DNA of 64,000 nt from Octopus vulgaris (lineage: Eukaryota), in NCBI GenBank assembly GCA_951406725.2, contig OX597836.1:25482001-25546000 (forward strand), written 5' to 3'. The stretch's first letter is position 1. Every line of letters starts with the position of its first letter. This document shows positions 26,252 to 39,767 of this stretch, piece after piece. A model generated the notes under the pieces. The model did not search any database, was not told the DNA's origin, and was given only the letters and a program-made list of their open reading frames with translations. The position numbers and the translations under genes are program-made.

Positions 26252-26607
26252 TTTTCGCCTAGGAGTGGCACATGAATCGTGCTTTCTTCTTCTTTATTCA
26301 ACCACGAGCTTCCCCTAAGTCTTGGAAGAAATGTCATGCTCATGGCCGTAACACCCCATCACCACTTTCATTAAATATCGCACGAAAACGTAAATAACCA
26401 AGAATAATGAGATTATTAATAAATCTCTGAACGAGATATAAACAGTAACCGCTCGACAACGTAAAGTGTACTAGCCATCTGAATGTGGCTAGCCACTGGG
26501 GGTGGGGTATTACTGACGCTTTTAGCCCCAGGTGATCAACGTCACCAGCTGGCCTTAGACACAATTTCAGTGCCCTTGCGTTATTTGCAAAGGGAGGTCA
26601 TCCTCCC

Positions 26608-26688
26608 TCGAAAACCTAAGTGATACATACGGACTATAGTTTCAAGGTAATTGCCTCTCGTCAACGCACGGTAAACACCGGTTTTCGA
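26608..26688 (-). ncRNA. Diverged type I hammerhead in the last intron of the ANKDD1A-like gene, sense strand
   Basis: CGUGCG UUGACGA GAGGC-aauu-ACCUU GAAA CUAUAG UC^ CGUAUG, with distal pairing ucgaaaacc/gguuuucga; flank 26480-26607 is homologous to the 352-bp unit. Confidence 0.65.
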
Positions 26689-26698
26689 TATGAGATTA

Positions 26699-26953
<255 letters not shown>

Positions 26954-27151
26954 TCAGTCATTTGGTCGCGACCATGCTGGAGCACTGCCTTTTGCAGAAC
27001 AAATCGGCCCCAGGACTTATTCTTTGTGAGCCTAGTACTTATTCTATCAGACTCTTTTGCCGAACCACTAAGTTACGGGGCCGTAAAAACACCAACATCG
27101 GTTGTCAAGCGATGGCGGAGGGACAAAGACAGACACACAAATACACACACA

Positions 27152-27264
<113 letters not shown>

Positions 27265-27658
27265 CTCTATATATATATATATTCGACGGGCTTCTTTCAG
27301 TTTCCGTCTACCAGATGTTATTCCCTGCATATCAAGTTTATATCAGATTGGACCTTGTCCCAAGAGAAATTTTTCAACAAACGTTAAGAGGTGCTTCACT
27401 CCCAGTTGCCTCCCAGCACGCCGGTCACCGACCGGGAATTTGTGAGGGTCCGTGCTAATGCTTGATTGTCTTCGGACTTACACTGGCTCAACCCGTCCTC
27501 TTGACAGATGTTCGTTTCAGTCCTGTTGGGTTTCGATCAGCCCTCCTCACCAGGTGGTGGTGGAGGGTTAGTCACCGACGATACCATCATGCAATGGGTC
27601 GCACTGGATTCCACATTAGCAGTAGCACTCATAAGAGACCTCACAAGTGACCCGACAC

Positions 27659-27724
<66 letters not shown>

Positions 27725-27739
27725 GCAAAGGCATACATA

Positions 27740-27910
27740 GGCGCAGAAGTGGCTGTGTGGTAAGTAGCTTGCTTACTAGCCACATGGTCCCGGGTTCAGT
27801 CCCATTGCGTGGCATCTTGGGCAAGTGTCTTCTACTATAGCCTCGGGCCGACCAAAGCCTTGTGAGTGGATTTGGTAGACGGAAACTGAAAGAAGCCCGT
27901 CGTATATATG

Positions 27911-27964
<54 letters not shown>

Positions 27965-28178
27965 TGTGTGTTTGTGTGTCTGTGTTTATTCCCCCCCCCC
28001 AACATCGCTTGACAACCAATGCTGGTGTGTTTACGTCCCCGTAACTTAGCGGTTCGGCAAAAGAGACCGATAGAATAAGTCCTAGGCTTACAAAGAATAA
28101 ATCCTGGGGTCGATTTGCTCGACTAACAGCGGTGCTCCAGCATGTCCGCAGTCAAATGACTGAAACGAGTAAAAGAGT
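27740..28178 (+). mobile_element. SINE family A (tRNA-like head, internal microsatellite, ccagcatggccgcagtcaaatgactgaaac tail), representative full copy
   Basis: A/B-box-like gtggctgtgtggtaag and ggttcagtccc. Other approximate copies: 2890-3260(-), 3447-3910(+), 9600-9940(-), 17505-17645(-), 26940-27312(-), 45250-45620(-), 45690-45900(-), 46660-47080(+), 47135-47495(-), 56150-56465(-). Confidence 0.9.
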
Positions 28179-28247
28179 ATACCCAAACGAATGAAAGAAT
28201 AAAAGAACGACAGAATAAAAGAATAAAAGAATGTCATCACCACCTAC

Positions 28248-28446
28248 CCACATACTGATGCTCGATGGCTTGGATGTGTTCTGGTTTAAATTTCCAATAC
28301 AAAGCCAACTTCTTCCACTCGTTGTTCTTTAGCTGTTTCGTTGATAGTCTCCATAGAATCTCTTTCATTTGTTCAGCTGAGGGATGGGTTGGTCTTCTCA
28401 GATAAGCATGAGGTTCAACATAACCTAGGTCGTTGTTGTGATATTC
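28248..28446 (-). CDS. ANKDD1A: ANKDD1A-like linker and death-domain exon: EYHNNDLGYVEPHAYLRRPTHPSAEQMKEILWRLSTKQLKNNEWKKLALYWKFKPEHIQAIEHQYV(G)
   Basis: 199 nt, phase 0/1, ttgtag/gtaggt boundaries; LWRL..K.L...EWKKLA..W.F...H..AIE.Q resembles the ANKDD1 death domain. Confidence 0.9.
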
Positions 28447-29144
28447 CTACAACGGTAAAGAATTGCTTACTACTAGAGATCATATGTATGAATGGGATTG
28501 CATGGCTAGCTAAGTGTCAGTATGGATCCAAACATGTTTTTCTTGGAATTTTATTGAAGTTCTTCTTAAGAAAGTCCAAGCCGATGCTTCGACCTGGCTT
28601 CACAAGACGTTTCGAGTTAAGTGAGTTCCCAGTCTTTGTAAATACGTGGTAGAGTTATCGTTTTGGATGAACTGTTGATGCAGACACCCAAGTGTGTACA
28701 GTTATTCATCTAAAGAATCTCAGATACAGAATTTTTAGAATGTCTTACAAATCTTCACTGTGCCACTTACAGTTTGTATGTATGTATATATATATGTATG
28801 TGTATGGATATGTATGTATGTATATATGAATGTATTATGCATGTATGTATGGGTGTATATGTATGTATGTATGTATGTATGGATGGATGTATATATGTAT
28901 GTGTGTGTATGTATGTATGTAGGCAGATAGATATGTATATAGGTATGTATGTATATGTGTATTTGTGTGTGTGATTCTGTGTGTTATGTGTGTGTGTGCG
29001 CGTGTGTGTGAAGTGCAATAAGCATGCATAGTGTAATATTCTTCATATATATCAAGAAATATTAGTTGTTGCGTGTTGCGTGAAATAAAATGCAGTCGAG
29101 TGTGAAGAGATATAAAGGAAAGGTGGGAGAGGAAAACCACTCAC

Positions 29145-29240
29145 CCGTGCCGTTGAATAGTACCGTTCTGCTTTAATGATTGTGTCGACTAAGGCAACGT
29201 GAGCCCCTCGAGATGCTAACTGAAGGCTGGTCTTTCCCGA
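29145..29240 (-). CDS. ANKDD1A: ANKDD1A-like last ankyrin exon: SGKTSLQLASRGAHVALVDTIIKAERYYSTAR
   Basis: 96 nt, cgcag/gtgagt boundaries; closely resembles the recalled ANKDD1A segment GKTAL..A.R.NHV.LVDMIIKADRFY. Confidence 0.9.
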
Positions 29241-29394
29241 CTGCGTTGAAACAAAAACACAATATTATCATAGTTGATTTGTTCATATATTTTAAACAGT
29301 TCGCATAATGTACATACATACGTACATACATAGATTGATACGCACATATATAAAGAGATAAGAACACACAGTATGGTAGAGGCCATAGTCGCTC

Positions 29395-29615
29395 ATAATA
29401 TGAAAGAGTGCTGGTGGAATGTCCAGTGAAATTTTCAATAATATAAAAGCATAATAGACCTGACATAGTGATTTGGGATGCGGAGAGAAACTGCGGATGT
29501 TAACATAAAAATAAAGATTAGCGAAAAAGAAAATACCTACGCTGAACCATTGAAAAATCTATAGTTACTCTGCCCAGATTAGAAGTTCATATTTATACCA
29601 GTAATTATTGCACCT
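29395..29615 (+). mobile_element. RLE-type non-LTR retrotransposon endonuclease fragment
   Basis: KHNRPDIVIWD...KENTY...FIFIPVII, a PD-(D/E)xK-type motif. Confidence 0.55.
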
Positions 29616-29796
29616 GAATAGGTATTTCGTATGCCGCTATGTTCTGAGTTCAAATTCCGCCAAGGTCGACTTTGCCTTTCATTCTTTCAGGATCGATGAA
29701 TTAAGTACCAGTGAAACACTGGGTTCAATGTAACCGACTTCCCCCCTCTCACACAAATTTCAGGCCTTGTGCCTATAGTAGAAAGGATTATCATTA

Positions 29797-31040
29797 TTGT
29801 CACTGAAAGGCGTGGCAGAGGTGGTGAATGCTCACATCGCCTCCGTTAGCTTTTATCACCTGACCGTCGTACCTTGTCCCGGTGACTGCTTGACCAGGTT
29901 GGAGCGTCTCTTATTAAAATTCGTGTGGAAGGGACGCGTTAGTCTGTTGCTAGCATCCTCTAAGTGGCGAATTAGGTACACCGTGGCTCCTAATGCGCAG
30001 ACACGCGCTATGGTTGCGCCTCATGTAACGATTTGTGAGGCTCGTCCTTCCGCAGCTCGTCTCCTTGACGGAGCTGCAATCTAGGCACATATAATGTCGT
30101 CAGGCGCTCACAACCCTCTACCAGTCGGGCAATGGGATCGGTGGATGTCCCGCTTTAGAAATTTATAGAGGATTAGTGGCGGGGAAGTGCGACGACGTTC
30201 TCGGGGAGACTGGATGCCGACGAGAACGAACTGGCAAGTCTGTTCCAGAGGACTTTCCGGTCGGGAACTATTATGGATAATTTCCAGATGTCCTTGGCTT
30301 GGCAGTGCTACCGGGGCGGGGTGCTCCTGGTTCGACATAAACTCTACAGGCATGGATATGCTGTGAGATAGACTTGTCTGAGGTGCGAGCAGAGTGACGA
30401 AACCGTTCTGCACGCCCTCGTTCAGTATCCGGGCATTACTGACTTGTAAGGTTATGTTGAACAGCTGTTGTCACGTGTGGGACGAATCCGTCTGTCGGTC
30501 GAGTCTGTAGTGATGATCTCACCACCACCCTCCTTCTATCGGGCAGGCAAGGCAGTTTTCCTGGAGGCTGTGGCGAAAGAGGTTGTTTGGTGGACAAGGC
30601 TGAAAGGCATGAGGACAGATATATTCCTCATTGTGAGAGCTCTCATTGACTTCAAGTTTCACTTGAAAAGGAAATTGAGAGTGGAGAGGTAAGAGCTGTC
30701 CTCGAGTGAGTTTATAGAAAGGTGAGTGAAAGTTGCGAAAATGGCACGAGTGGATGGAACCTCTCTAAGTGTAGACCTTTGAGTCGGATAGAAGGAATTG
30801 GAGAAGGCATTTGCTCCTAAGGTTTCAGGGAAATCTCGGACAGTGGGGTTCTTCGATTATCCCTAGAGGGCCACATCTCTATCATCCTCCCTGCCATTTT
30901 TTGGTACCTTCGTATGCTATGCAATATGTCCCTTCCTTTTGCAGTGTATACCTACTTTTTGTGTTTATCATTCCATTATATGTAAACCCCCAACACTTTG
31001 TATTGTCACCCTTATCCTTCGACCTTGTGGAAAGCAAATG
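29797..31040 (+). mobile_element. Degraded L1/Tx1-like LINE ORF2 C-terminal remnant with 3' tail into (ATT)n
   Basis: LERLLLKFVWKGR and C.RC...DETVLHAL zinc-knuckle-like motif; GC-richer than flanks; many disablements. Confidence 0.6.
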
Positions 31041-31049
31041 AAATTATTA

Positions 31050-31122
<73 letters not shown>

Positions 31123-31165
31123 GGACTCTCTGCAAACTCCAGGCTTTGTGCCAAAATAACAAAAG

Positions 31166-31230
<65 letters not shown>

Positions 31231-31273
31231 GGACTCTCTGCAAACTCCAGGCTTTGTGCCAAAATAACAAAAG

Positions 31274-31326
<53 letters not shown>

Positions 31327-31337
31327 CGTCATCATCG

Positions 31338-31371
<34 letters not shown>

Positions 31372-31804
31372 TGGCGTTGTTGTATTGCCGAAAACTGTTT
31401 CATTCGTATATGCTTGTAGCATATACACGACAATAACATTTCGTAATTATGACGAAGCGTCCATGCCCCCATGGATAATGCAACAGCAACATATTTCAAA
31501 CAGGATCTCTGCAGAATAAAAAAACCTACGTTGCGAATGAGATATGTCGACTGTTAGAAACATCATCCGTATTCTTGTAGTTGTTTTACGCAACAGAATT
31601 AATTCTATTAGTCAACCATTGTACTACCTCAGGCTACCTACATGTTTTAACGTCGTTCCTTTTATTTCTGAAATCCCTTTTTTTTTTTTAATCTTCTCTC
31701 TCGTTTATTCATTATCTAATAAATCGATTTGGAATGTCTCTTTACCTGTCTTAAACAATTTTATTCAATTTCTGTTGCTTTAAACTAGAACAACAGGACA
31801 GAAA

Positions 31805-31903
31805 TTAAATAAATAAAAAATAAATAAATAAATAAATAAATAAATGAATGAATAAATAAATAAATGAGTGAAAGAATAAATAAATAATAAATAAATACAT
31901 ACA

Positions 31904-31962
<59 letters not shown>

Positions 31963-32015
31963 AAAATAAAAAATAAATAAATAAATAAATAAATAAATGA
32001 TTAATAAATAAATAA

Positions 32016-32074
<59 letters not shown>

Positions 32075-32114
32075 AAAATAAAAAATAAATAAATAAATAA
32101 ATAAATAAAAAAAA

Positions 32115-32149
<35 letters not shown>

Positions 32150-32170
32150 ATGAATGAATAAATAAATAGA
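31805..32170. repeat. (AAAT)n microsatellite
   Basis: Directly visible. Confidence 0.95.
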
Positions 32171-32222
32171 TAACAAGCCCAGCAGAAGCATTTGGCAACT
32201 GAATATTTTACTAGTTTTACTC

Positions 32223-32270
<48 letters not shown>

Positions 32271-33870
32271 TTTTCACTTCTTCGGTTCCTCTCGATGCAC
32301 GAGAATTTACGAGGTTATTCAACTGTCATCATCTCCGTAAAGTGCTTCAACTCTCAACAAGAACGAATTGTCGACTGAAATAGGTTTTTCTTCTACATAT
32401 GTCGTCCTTTCTCTCCATCTCTCCATCCCCCCCCACCATTGCACTATTTACATTCCTATTTAAACGTTTTCACGTGAGTTATAACCCAGATATCCCCAAG
32501 AACAGTTCGCTGCTATGGCAATACAAAAGACAATACGCCAGAGATACACAATAACAACGGCATGAAAACAGATATAAAAATGGAGAATATCATTTTGCAT
32601 TAATGCATAGGTGCAGCCAATCTCGATCAAGTAATTGGATTCTAGCTTTAATTTTATATTCTTGAGATCAGATTTTATTATTGTTACAAAATTCTGGTAT
32701 TCCTCTGATAATTCGTAAGCTGAAGATTAGAATCTACTTTTTAACCATTGTTAAAATCGTGGCACTCCGTCGGTTACGACGACGAGGGTTCCAGTTGATC
32801 CGATCGATGGAACAGCCTGCTCGTGGAATTAACGTGCAAGTGGCTGAGCACTCCACAGACACGTGTGACCCTTAACGTAGTTACCGGAGAGATTGAGCGC
32901 AACACAGAGCGTGACAAGGCCGGCCCCTTTGAAATATAATTACAACAGAAACAGGAAGAAAGAGTGAAAAAAAAAAGAGTACTGCAGAAAGCCTAATCAG
33001 GTAAAATGTTTATATACATATTAATTACAGGTACTCTTAGTTATAATTAGAAATCTCGTCACTGGCATTATCAGAAAAATCTTCAATCTATCGGTGGACT
33101 CCCTTCAACAAATCAGCACTGTACAATAACAACGTAGTAGCAAGGGTTGGCTTTACTGATAACTTAGGCTATATAGAGGACCACCACAGTACCTCCAAAC
33201 CCTGTGTAAGAAAGTAAATAGAAATCTGTTGCAATAGTATTTTTAATATAACTATTCCTTTAAAGCAGTTGGAATCTTCCTGTTCCTAATTTGATAGCTT
33301 TTCTCAAGAGCCTATTGGTAACATAAGCTATTTGATACCCATAACATCTAGGTTAGCTACTTCTGTTAAAATATCGCTTAAAATATTGCATCCTACAACA
33401 GAAACAAGAATGCAATCATACTGTCTTTACCTCACATTCCAACCGCAAGTACTAGGAAAAGGTTAACTTTTCTTTATTCAGCTACATGTACACTACATAC
33501 ATACATGCATACATACAAACATACATACATACAGACATATAGACAGACAGACAGACACACAGGTTAACGTTTCTTTGTTCAGCTACATGTACACTACATA
33601 CATACATGCATACATACAAACATACATACATACAGACAGATAGACATACATACATACATACATACATGCATACATACATACATACATCCATACATACACA
33701 TGTGCATGCATACATACATACATACATACATACATACATACATACATACATACATACATACATACATACATACACCTAAGTATAGAAGATAGTTTGTTGT
33801 TTCGAAGAGAAGGTATATATTGAACTGATGGTGAAACATAACTCTGATAGTTAAAGGCAACTTCTCTGAC

Positions 33871-33969
33871 CTTTTCTCTGGCGTCCAGACTGGCCCCACC
33901 GGCCAACAGGACTTCTACAACTTCTGTTAATCCACTTTCTACAGCAGCATGAAGTGGGGTCTGCAACCT
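33871..33969 (-). CDS. ANKDD1A: ANKDD1A-like ankyrin exon: RLQTPLHAAVESGLTEVVEVLLAGGASLDAREK
   Basis: 99 nt, tttgcag/gtcaga boundaries; resembles the RQQTPLHLAAE repeat of vertebrate ANKDD1A as I recall it. Confidence 0.92.
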
Positions 33970-34086
33970 CTGCAAATAAATAAGAAAAACAAAAGACTCG
34001 TTTTATTTCAGTGTTGCAAAGGAATTTACAGTAACATTAAAGAAATACAGAAACTAGATACGACGATCTACAGGTAGAAGGGATTT

Positions 34087-34320
34087 AAGGCGGCGAGTTG
34101 GCAGAAACGTAAGCACGTCGGAGGAAATGCTTTGCGGTATTTCGTCTGCCGTTACGTTCTGAGTTCAAATTCTGCCGAGGTCGACTTTGCCTTTCATCCT
34201 TTCGGGGTCGATTAAATAAGTACCAGTTACGCACTGGGGTCGATATAATCGACTTAATCCGTTTGTCTGTCCTTGTTTGTCACCTCTGTGTTTGGTCCCT
34301 TGTGGGTAGTAAAGAAATAG
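34087..34320 (+). mobile_element. SINE family B (ggcggcgagctggcagaaacg head; ccgaggtcgactttgcctttcatcctttcggggtcg central domain), representative copy
   Basis: Other approximate copies: 8990-9250(-), 25600-25780(-), 29620-29790(+), 36330-36535(-), 48128-48345(+), 53630-53860(-), 54490-54722(+), 55770-55950(-), 61178-61593(+, dimer), 63620-63830(+). Confidence 0.9.
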
Positions 34321-34590
34321 ATAGAAGGGATTAAAATTTGTTTTAAACTGGAAAGAAGGCAGTACCTATGACTCGGCGTAGGGCCTATGAGAGTTGTGGG
34401 GAGAAGAGAAGGAGAAAAGTAGCTTTAAACTGGAGGTTTAAAAGGTTATGAAAACCTTTTGTAAGTGTTCGATTCACTTGGGACCTTTAAAAATAAAGTT
34501 ATAAAAAAATATATTTAATTTTGGTTTACAAGGCCAATGTTTTGTATAAACAATTATAACGTTATATGATTATGAATAATTGTTTGTTGA

Positions 34591-34638
<48 letters not shown>

Positions 34639-34879
34639 AGTACTAGGTTTACAAAGTATAAACTCTGGGGTAGATTTGCTTGACTAAAGACGGTGCTCCA
34701 GCATGGCGGCAGTCAAATGACTGAAATAAGTAAAAGAATAAAATAAAAGCAAGACATCACCTAGTCCAGGAATTGAAACTAGGATCTTGCGATCGTAAGT
34801 GCAACACCATGACCATTAGGCCATACGCCCTTACACACACACAAACGCACACACAAATATCGTTCTGGAATTTACTTAC

Positions 34880-34978
34880 GTAATTTGGTAAATCTAGTTC
34901 ACACCCTGCTTGTACAAGAATTTTGGCAGTATCTGCATGGTTTCCCATGGCGGACAAATGTAGGGCAGTGTTTCCTTG
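34880..34978 (-). CDS. ANKDD1A: ANKDD1A-like ankyrin exon: QGNTALHLSAMGNHADTAKILVQAGCELDLPNY
   Basis: 99 nt, tttccag/gtaagt boundaries, ankyrin consensus. Confidence 0.93.
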
Positions 34979-35334
34979 CTGGAAATAAAGTAAACAAAGA
35001 AGGGAAAAAAAAAAAGATTAATGACTTCTAAACACAAGGCATTTCGTTATGCAACCATTGATAAAGTAGAATAAACATTTTTCATAAGTCAGTTCCTTGT
35101 TCTGCTGTGTTAGCAGTGCTACTACATCAATTGTTAAGGTTATCTTTACAACCTTAAAAGATTAATACAGACAGAATTGATTGACTTATAACATACCACA
35201 CAAAGGAAGAGAGCGTTTAGTTCTGTGGTTCTCAACCATTTTTTTTTTACCTATGGACCTCTTTGGTTTCTAATTTACTCGAATGAACCCTCATAGCCAT
35301 TTGATGTTTAAAAAATGCTATTGTATTTTTATGC

Positions 35335-35636
35335 GCCCTTTTCAAGCCTAGCCAGGCTCATGGGCCCGGTTTTCCGGTTTCTGTGGCGTATGTGTTCCCC
35401 CCAGCTGGACGGGACGCCAGTCCATCGCAGCGTTACTCAAGAAACAGGAAGAAAGAGTGACAGAAAGTTGGGGCGAAAGAGTACAACAGGGGTCGCCACC
35501 ACCCACTGCCGGAGCCTCGTGGAACTTCAGGTACTTTCTCTCAATAAACACACACAATGTCCGATCTGAGAATCGAAACCGCGATCCTCCGACCGCGAGT
35601 CCGCTGCCCTAACCACTGGGCCATTGCGCTTCCACA
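35335..35636 (-). mobile_element. SINE family C (tRNA-derived head ggcgcaatggcccagtggttagggcagcggactcg), inserted in a hAT-type MITE
   Basis: Clear A and B boxes; duplication attgtatttttat on both sides. Other approximate copies: 6995-7295(-), 56868-57065(+), 62560-62925(-), partial 32760-32970. Confidence 0.85.
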
Positions 35637-36134
35637 TTGTATTTTTATAATTAAATATTATTTAAAATTGTATAAGAATTGAAAAAAAGATGTTTTGTGT
35701 ATTGTAGAAGTAAAGCCAATTTTGTTACTAATAAAATCAACAACAAAATCTCGTACAGACCCCGAAAGGATAAAAAATGAAGTTACCCTCATTAGGATTT
35801 GAAATCAGAACATAAAAATCTTGAACATAAATACCATGAGGTATTTTGTCCATCGCTCTATGATTCTACCAATTCATCGGAGACAAATAACGGGAGACAT
35901 CAGCTGCTTCACTGCTCTGGAAGTAATTCTTTCATTTTGTTAAAATAACAACGAAGACAATAGAAAAACAAACGAGCAAGATGGCGAGTGATGGTTGTTG
36001 AATCAATGTATAAATTTATTGAAATTTTATCGCTTTGTGTAAAAGATAATGTATTGCAAATGTTCACACTAATCGCCTATTAGGCGAAACACACAACCGA
36101 AACACAAACCAAATCAATACTAGAAACACACTAT

Positions 36135-36208
<74 letters not shown>

Positions 36209-36271
36209 ATATATGTGTGTGTGTATGTGCATTCACATACATACATACATATTATATCTATATATATTCTT

Positions 36272-36330
<59 letters not shown>

Positions 36331-37594
36331 CCTTTCTACTCTAGGCACAAGGCCTGAAATTTGGGGGAGGGAGATAGTGGATTACACCAACCCCAGTACT
36401 CAACTGGTACTTAATTTATCGACTCCGAAAGGATGAAAGGCAAAGTCGCCCTCGGTGGGATTTGAACTCCGAACCTGTAGACAGACGAAAGGCCGCTAAG
36501 TATTTCGTCCTGCGTGCTAACGATTCTGCCAGCTGATAAATAATTCGTTCTAGTTTTGACTCAAGACCAACAATTTTGAGGGGTTTAGTCGATTAAAACA
36601 GCCCCGTGGCTTGACTCATACTTTATCTTCTTGGCCTCGAAAAGATGACAGGTAAAGTCGACCACAGTGAGACCTGAGCTCAGAACGCAAAGAGCCGGAA
36701 GAAATACCTATTTCTTTACTAACTACCCACAAGGGGCTAAATACAGAGAGGACAAACAAGGACAGACAGATGGATTAAGTCGATGCGTAACTTAGTGGTC
36801 AGGGTATTCGGCCCACGATCGTATGGTTGTGAGTTCGATCCCCGCGGCACGTTGTGCCTCTGAGCAAGACACTTTATTTCTTATTGCTTCAGTCCACTTA
36901 GCTGGCAAAAATGAATCATACCTGTAATTCAAAGGGGTCCAGCTTTCTCACATTCTCCCTGAGAACTACATTAAGGGTACACTCAGCCACTTGCACGTAA
37001 ATTTCCCGAGCAAGAGTTCCGTTGAACAGATCGACTGGAACACTCATCAAAAGAACAGAGGTTATGTACTTTTCTTGAGAACTGATCTTGGATGTAGTCT
37101 ATATGAGTGGTACCAGTGACACCATTTCCACATGTCGAAGCAAGGTTCTAGGGTTCTACTGTAGGCCTAACCTGAGCTTCATAGAGTTTTAGGAATGGAA
37201 CATTCTTATTAGAAATGGCCCTAAAGAGACGAGATCAGTGTTTGAGATGCAGTTTTTGTTAAGTTGAGGATGGGTGTTTGCCAGAAGAGATCGCCAATAA
37301 TCATAAAACAGAGTATTTGTATTGACCCGAAAGATTCTAATTGTAGTGTGCACATTGTGGAAAGAAGAGCGATAAAATTTTCTTGATGCGCAAAGAAATT
37401 TCTACAGAAAGAGACAAGACTGGCATGACGTCATTGGAATATGGTCACGTGGTCTCTGTGCACGGACTCGGTGTAGATCGAACTCGAGTTGTTTAGGTTA
37501 TACGTTGAAGCACTTTACGAAGATGATGACAGTTGAATAACCTCGTAAATTCTCGTGCATCAAGAGGAACCGAAGAAGTGAAAAACAGCGAGAG

Positions 37595-37659
<65 letters not shown>

Positions 37660-38111
37660 CAGAGAGAGAGACAGAGAGAGAGAGACAGAGAGAGAGAGAC
37701 AGAGAGAGAGAGGCGGGGGAGTAAAACTAGTAGGTTATACGGAGGATTGAAGCAAAATATCACCCTCTTAGGAATGGATAGTGTTGGGGTGAGGGCAAGA
37801 AAGTTATTGACATATAGACGGAAGACTATCGAAGGCAAACCAGGGCCTAGAGGGAATACCGCAGTTGACGGAGTTTGGGGTCAGAAAGATCGATATCAGC
37901 AAAGTGCTACAGTGAAGCTACCTGACTGGAAACTACTGATTCAAACAAATGGAAAACGGACGGAGCCCGTAGATCGAGATTTTGACAGGAGATTCACGTT
38001 ACCTGTTACTTTGACTGGTTTTAAGTGCTTTCACTTAAATCCCCACGAGGTGAGCTACTCAGAGTAAGTCTCCATTATTGTTATCTGGTACCAAAGACGG
38101 GCACTGTGATA

Positions 38112-38273
38112 GTCGATGTTGACGGCGGTAGTGATGATGACGGCGATGGCGATCATGATGTTGATGATAACGACGACGACGACGATAAAGATGATGATGA
38201 TGATGATGATGATAACGACAGCGACGATGATGTTGATGATGATGACGACGACGACGACGACGATAACGATGAC

Positions 38274-38306
<33 letters not shown>

Positions 38307-38363
38307 AACGACAGCGACGATGATGTTGATGATGATGACGACGACGACGACGATAACGATGAC

Positions 38364-38399
<36 letters not shown>

Positions 38400-38588
38400 A
38401 ATGATGATGATAACGACGGCGACGATGATGTTGATGACGATGACGATGACGATGATGATGATGACGATGACGACGACGATGATGATGATGATGACGATGA
38501 TGATGATGATGATGACGATGACGACGACGATGATGATGATGATGACGATGATGATGATGATGATGATGACGATGATGATGACGATGAT
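38112..38588. repeat. (GAY)n trinucleotide repeat, intronic
   Basis: gat/gac tract lying just past the donor of exon 38607-38705. Confidence 0.95.
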
Positions 38589-38606
38589 CTGGCGTTATAT
38601 ACTCAC

Positions 38607-38705
38607 AAAGTTTTGAGCGTTTACTCCGCAGCCAAAGTGAAGTAGCTTCGCCACGACGTCCGTATGTCCATGGTTTGCCGACAGATGGAGCGGTGTCATT
38701 TCTTT
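38607..38705 (-). CDS. ANKDD1A: ANKDD1A-like ankyrin exon: KEMTPLHLSANHGHTDVVAKLLHFGCGVNAQNF
   Basis: 99 nt, tttcag/gtgagt boundaries, TPLH motif. Confidence 0.93.
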
Positions 38706-39092
38706 CTGAAACCAGCAGACGCGAACAGGCAATGCGTTAATAAACTGACGTCACAAAACTCAGAGCATTGATAGCAACTTTAAATAACATGCCAATAAAA
38801 CAATACATAGATATACATATACATTACATACATAATTACATACATACACACAAATACATAAATACGTACATATGTACGTGTGTATGCGTGTGTATACTTA
38901 CTCATACAGAAATGTCACTCAATAGAATCAATGATTATTTATTGTATAAGCTTATGCACTTTCTAATTTGGACAGTAAGATCAAAACATGCTTAAAAGCA
39001 ACATGGCGGCTTGTTTTAAGCGAATGATCACTAACTATATCTGACGATTCTTTCTTTGAGCACTGGAGAATATGTCTGCCATAGAACATATA

Positions 39093-39162
<70 letters not shown>

Positions 39163-39420
39163 TATATATATACATAGGGAGAGTTTACGAAAAAAACAAA
39201 CAGATGTATTAGTATAACGCCCAGGGAATAGAAAAAGTCTTTTACGTTTCGAACCTACGCTGTTCTACAGAAAAGGACACAGAAAACAAGGAGAGAAAGA
39301 AGGAGAGAAAAAAATGTGTGTAGTGGCTAATGATCTATCAACGATCTATCTATAAACACACAGACACAAACACATATAAATATATAGCATCCGGCTAGAA
39401 AGAACAATGAATTATCTTAC

Positions 39421-39519
39421 CAGCGTCTCTGCATTCGGATTGGCACCATATTCCAAAAGTAGGTCACACACTTCCGTATAGCCATTTTCACTAGCGATGT
39501 GTAATGCTGTACGGCCATC
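39421..39519 (-). CDS. ANKDD1A: ANKDD1A-like ankyrin exon: DGRTALHIASENGYTEVCDLLLEYGANPNAETL
   Basis: 99 nt, ttcag/gtaag boundaries, canonical ankyrin repeat. Confidence 0.93.
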
Positions 39520-39767
39520 CTGAATTTAAAAAAAAGAGAGAGATTTAGAGAAAGTGTAGGAGAAGCAGAGAGTAAGAGAGAAGGAAAGAGAAACACACAC
39601 AAAATATAGGTTTCGAATACTGGCACAATGTCAGCAGAGGCACAAAGTATTGAACAGGTGCACATAGACCCTACGTTTCCACATTACCTATATAACCATA
39701 AATGTCCGTATGTCTTCATTGTCGTCTGTTACATTCTTGTTCCGTTCTTTTGTTATTTATATATACA

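Noticed and set aside
31050-31330. Duplicated 45-bp segment between (ATT)n tracts
   Set aside because: Simple slippage duplication within a microsatellite; nothing suggests function
35560-35636. tRNA genes at SINE heads (also about 7225-7295, 56868-56945, 27745-27815)
   Set aside because: The tRNA-like heads continue into SINE bodies and lack a proper acceptor stem and terminator
38025-38645. 206-aa poly-Asp ORF
   Set aside because: Translation of a (GAY)n microsatellite antisense to an intron and exon of the ankyrin gene; no supported start or splice context
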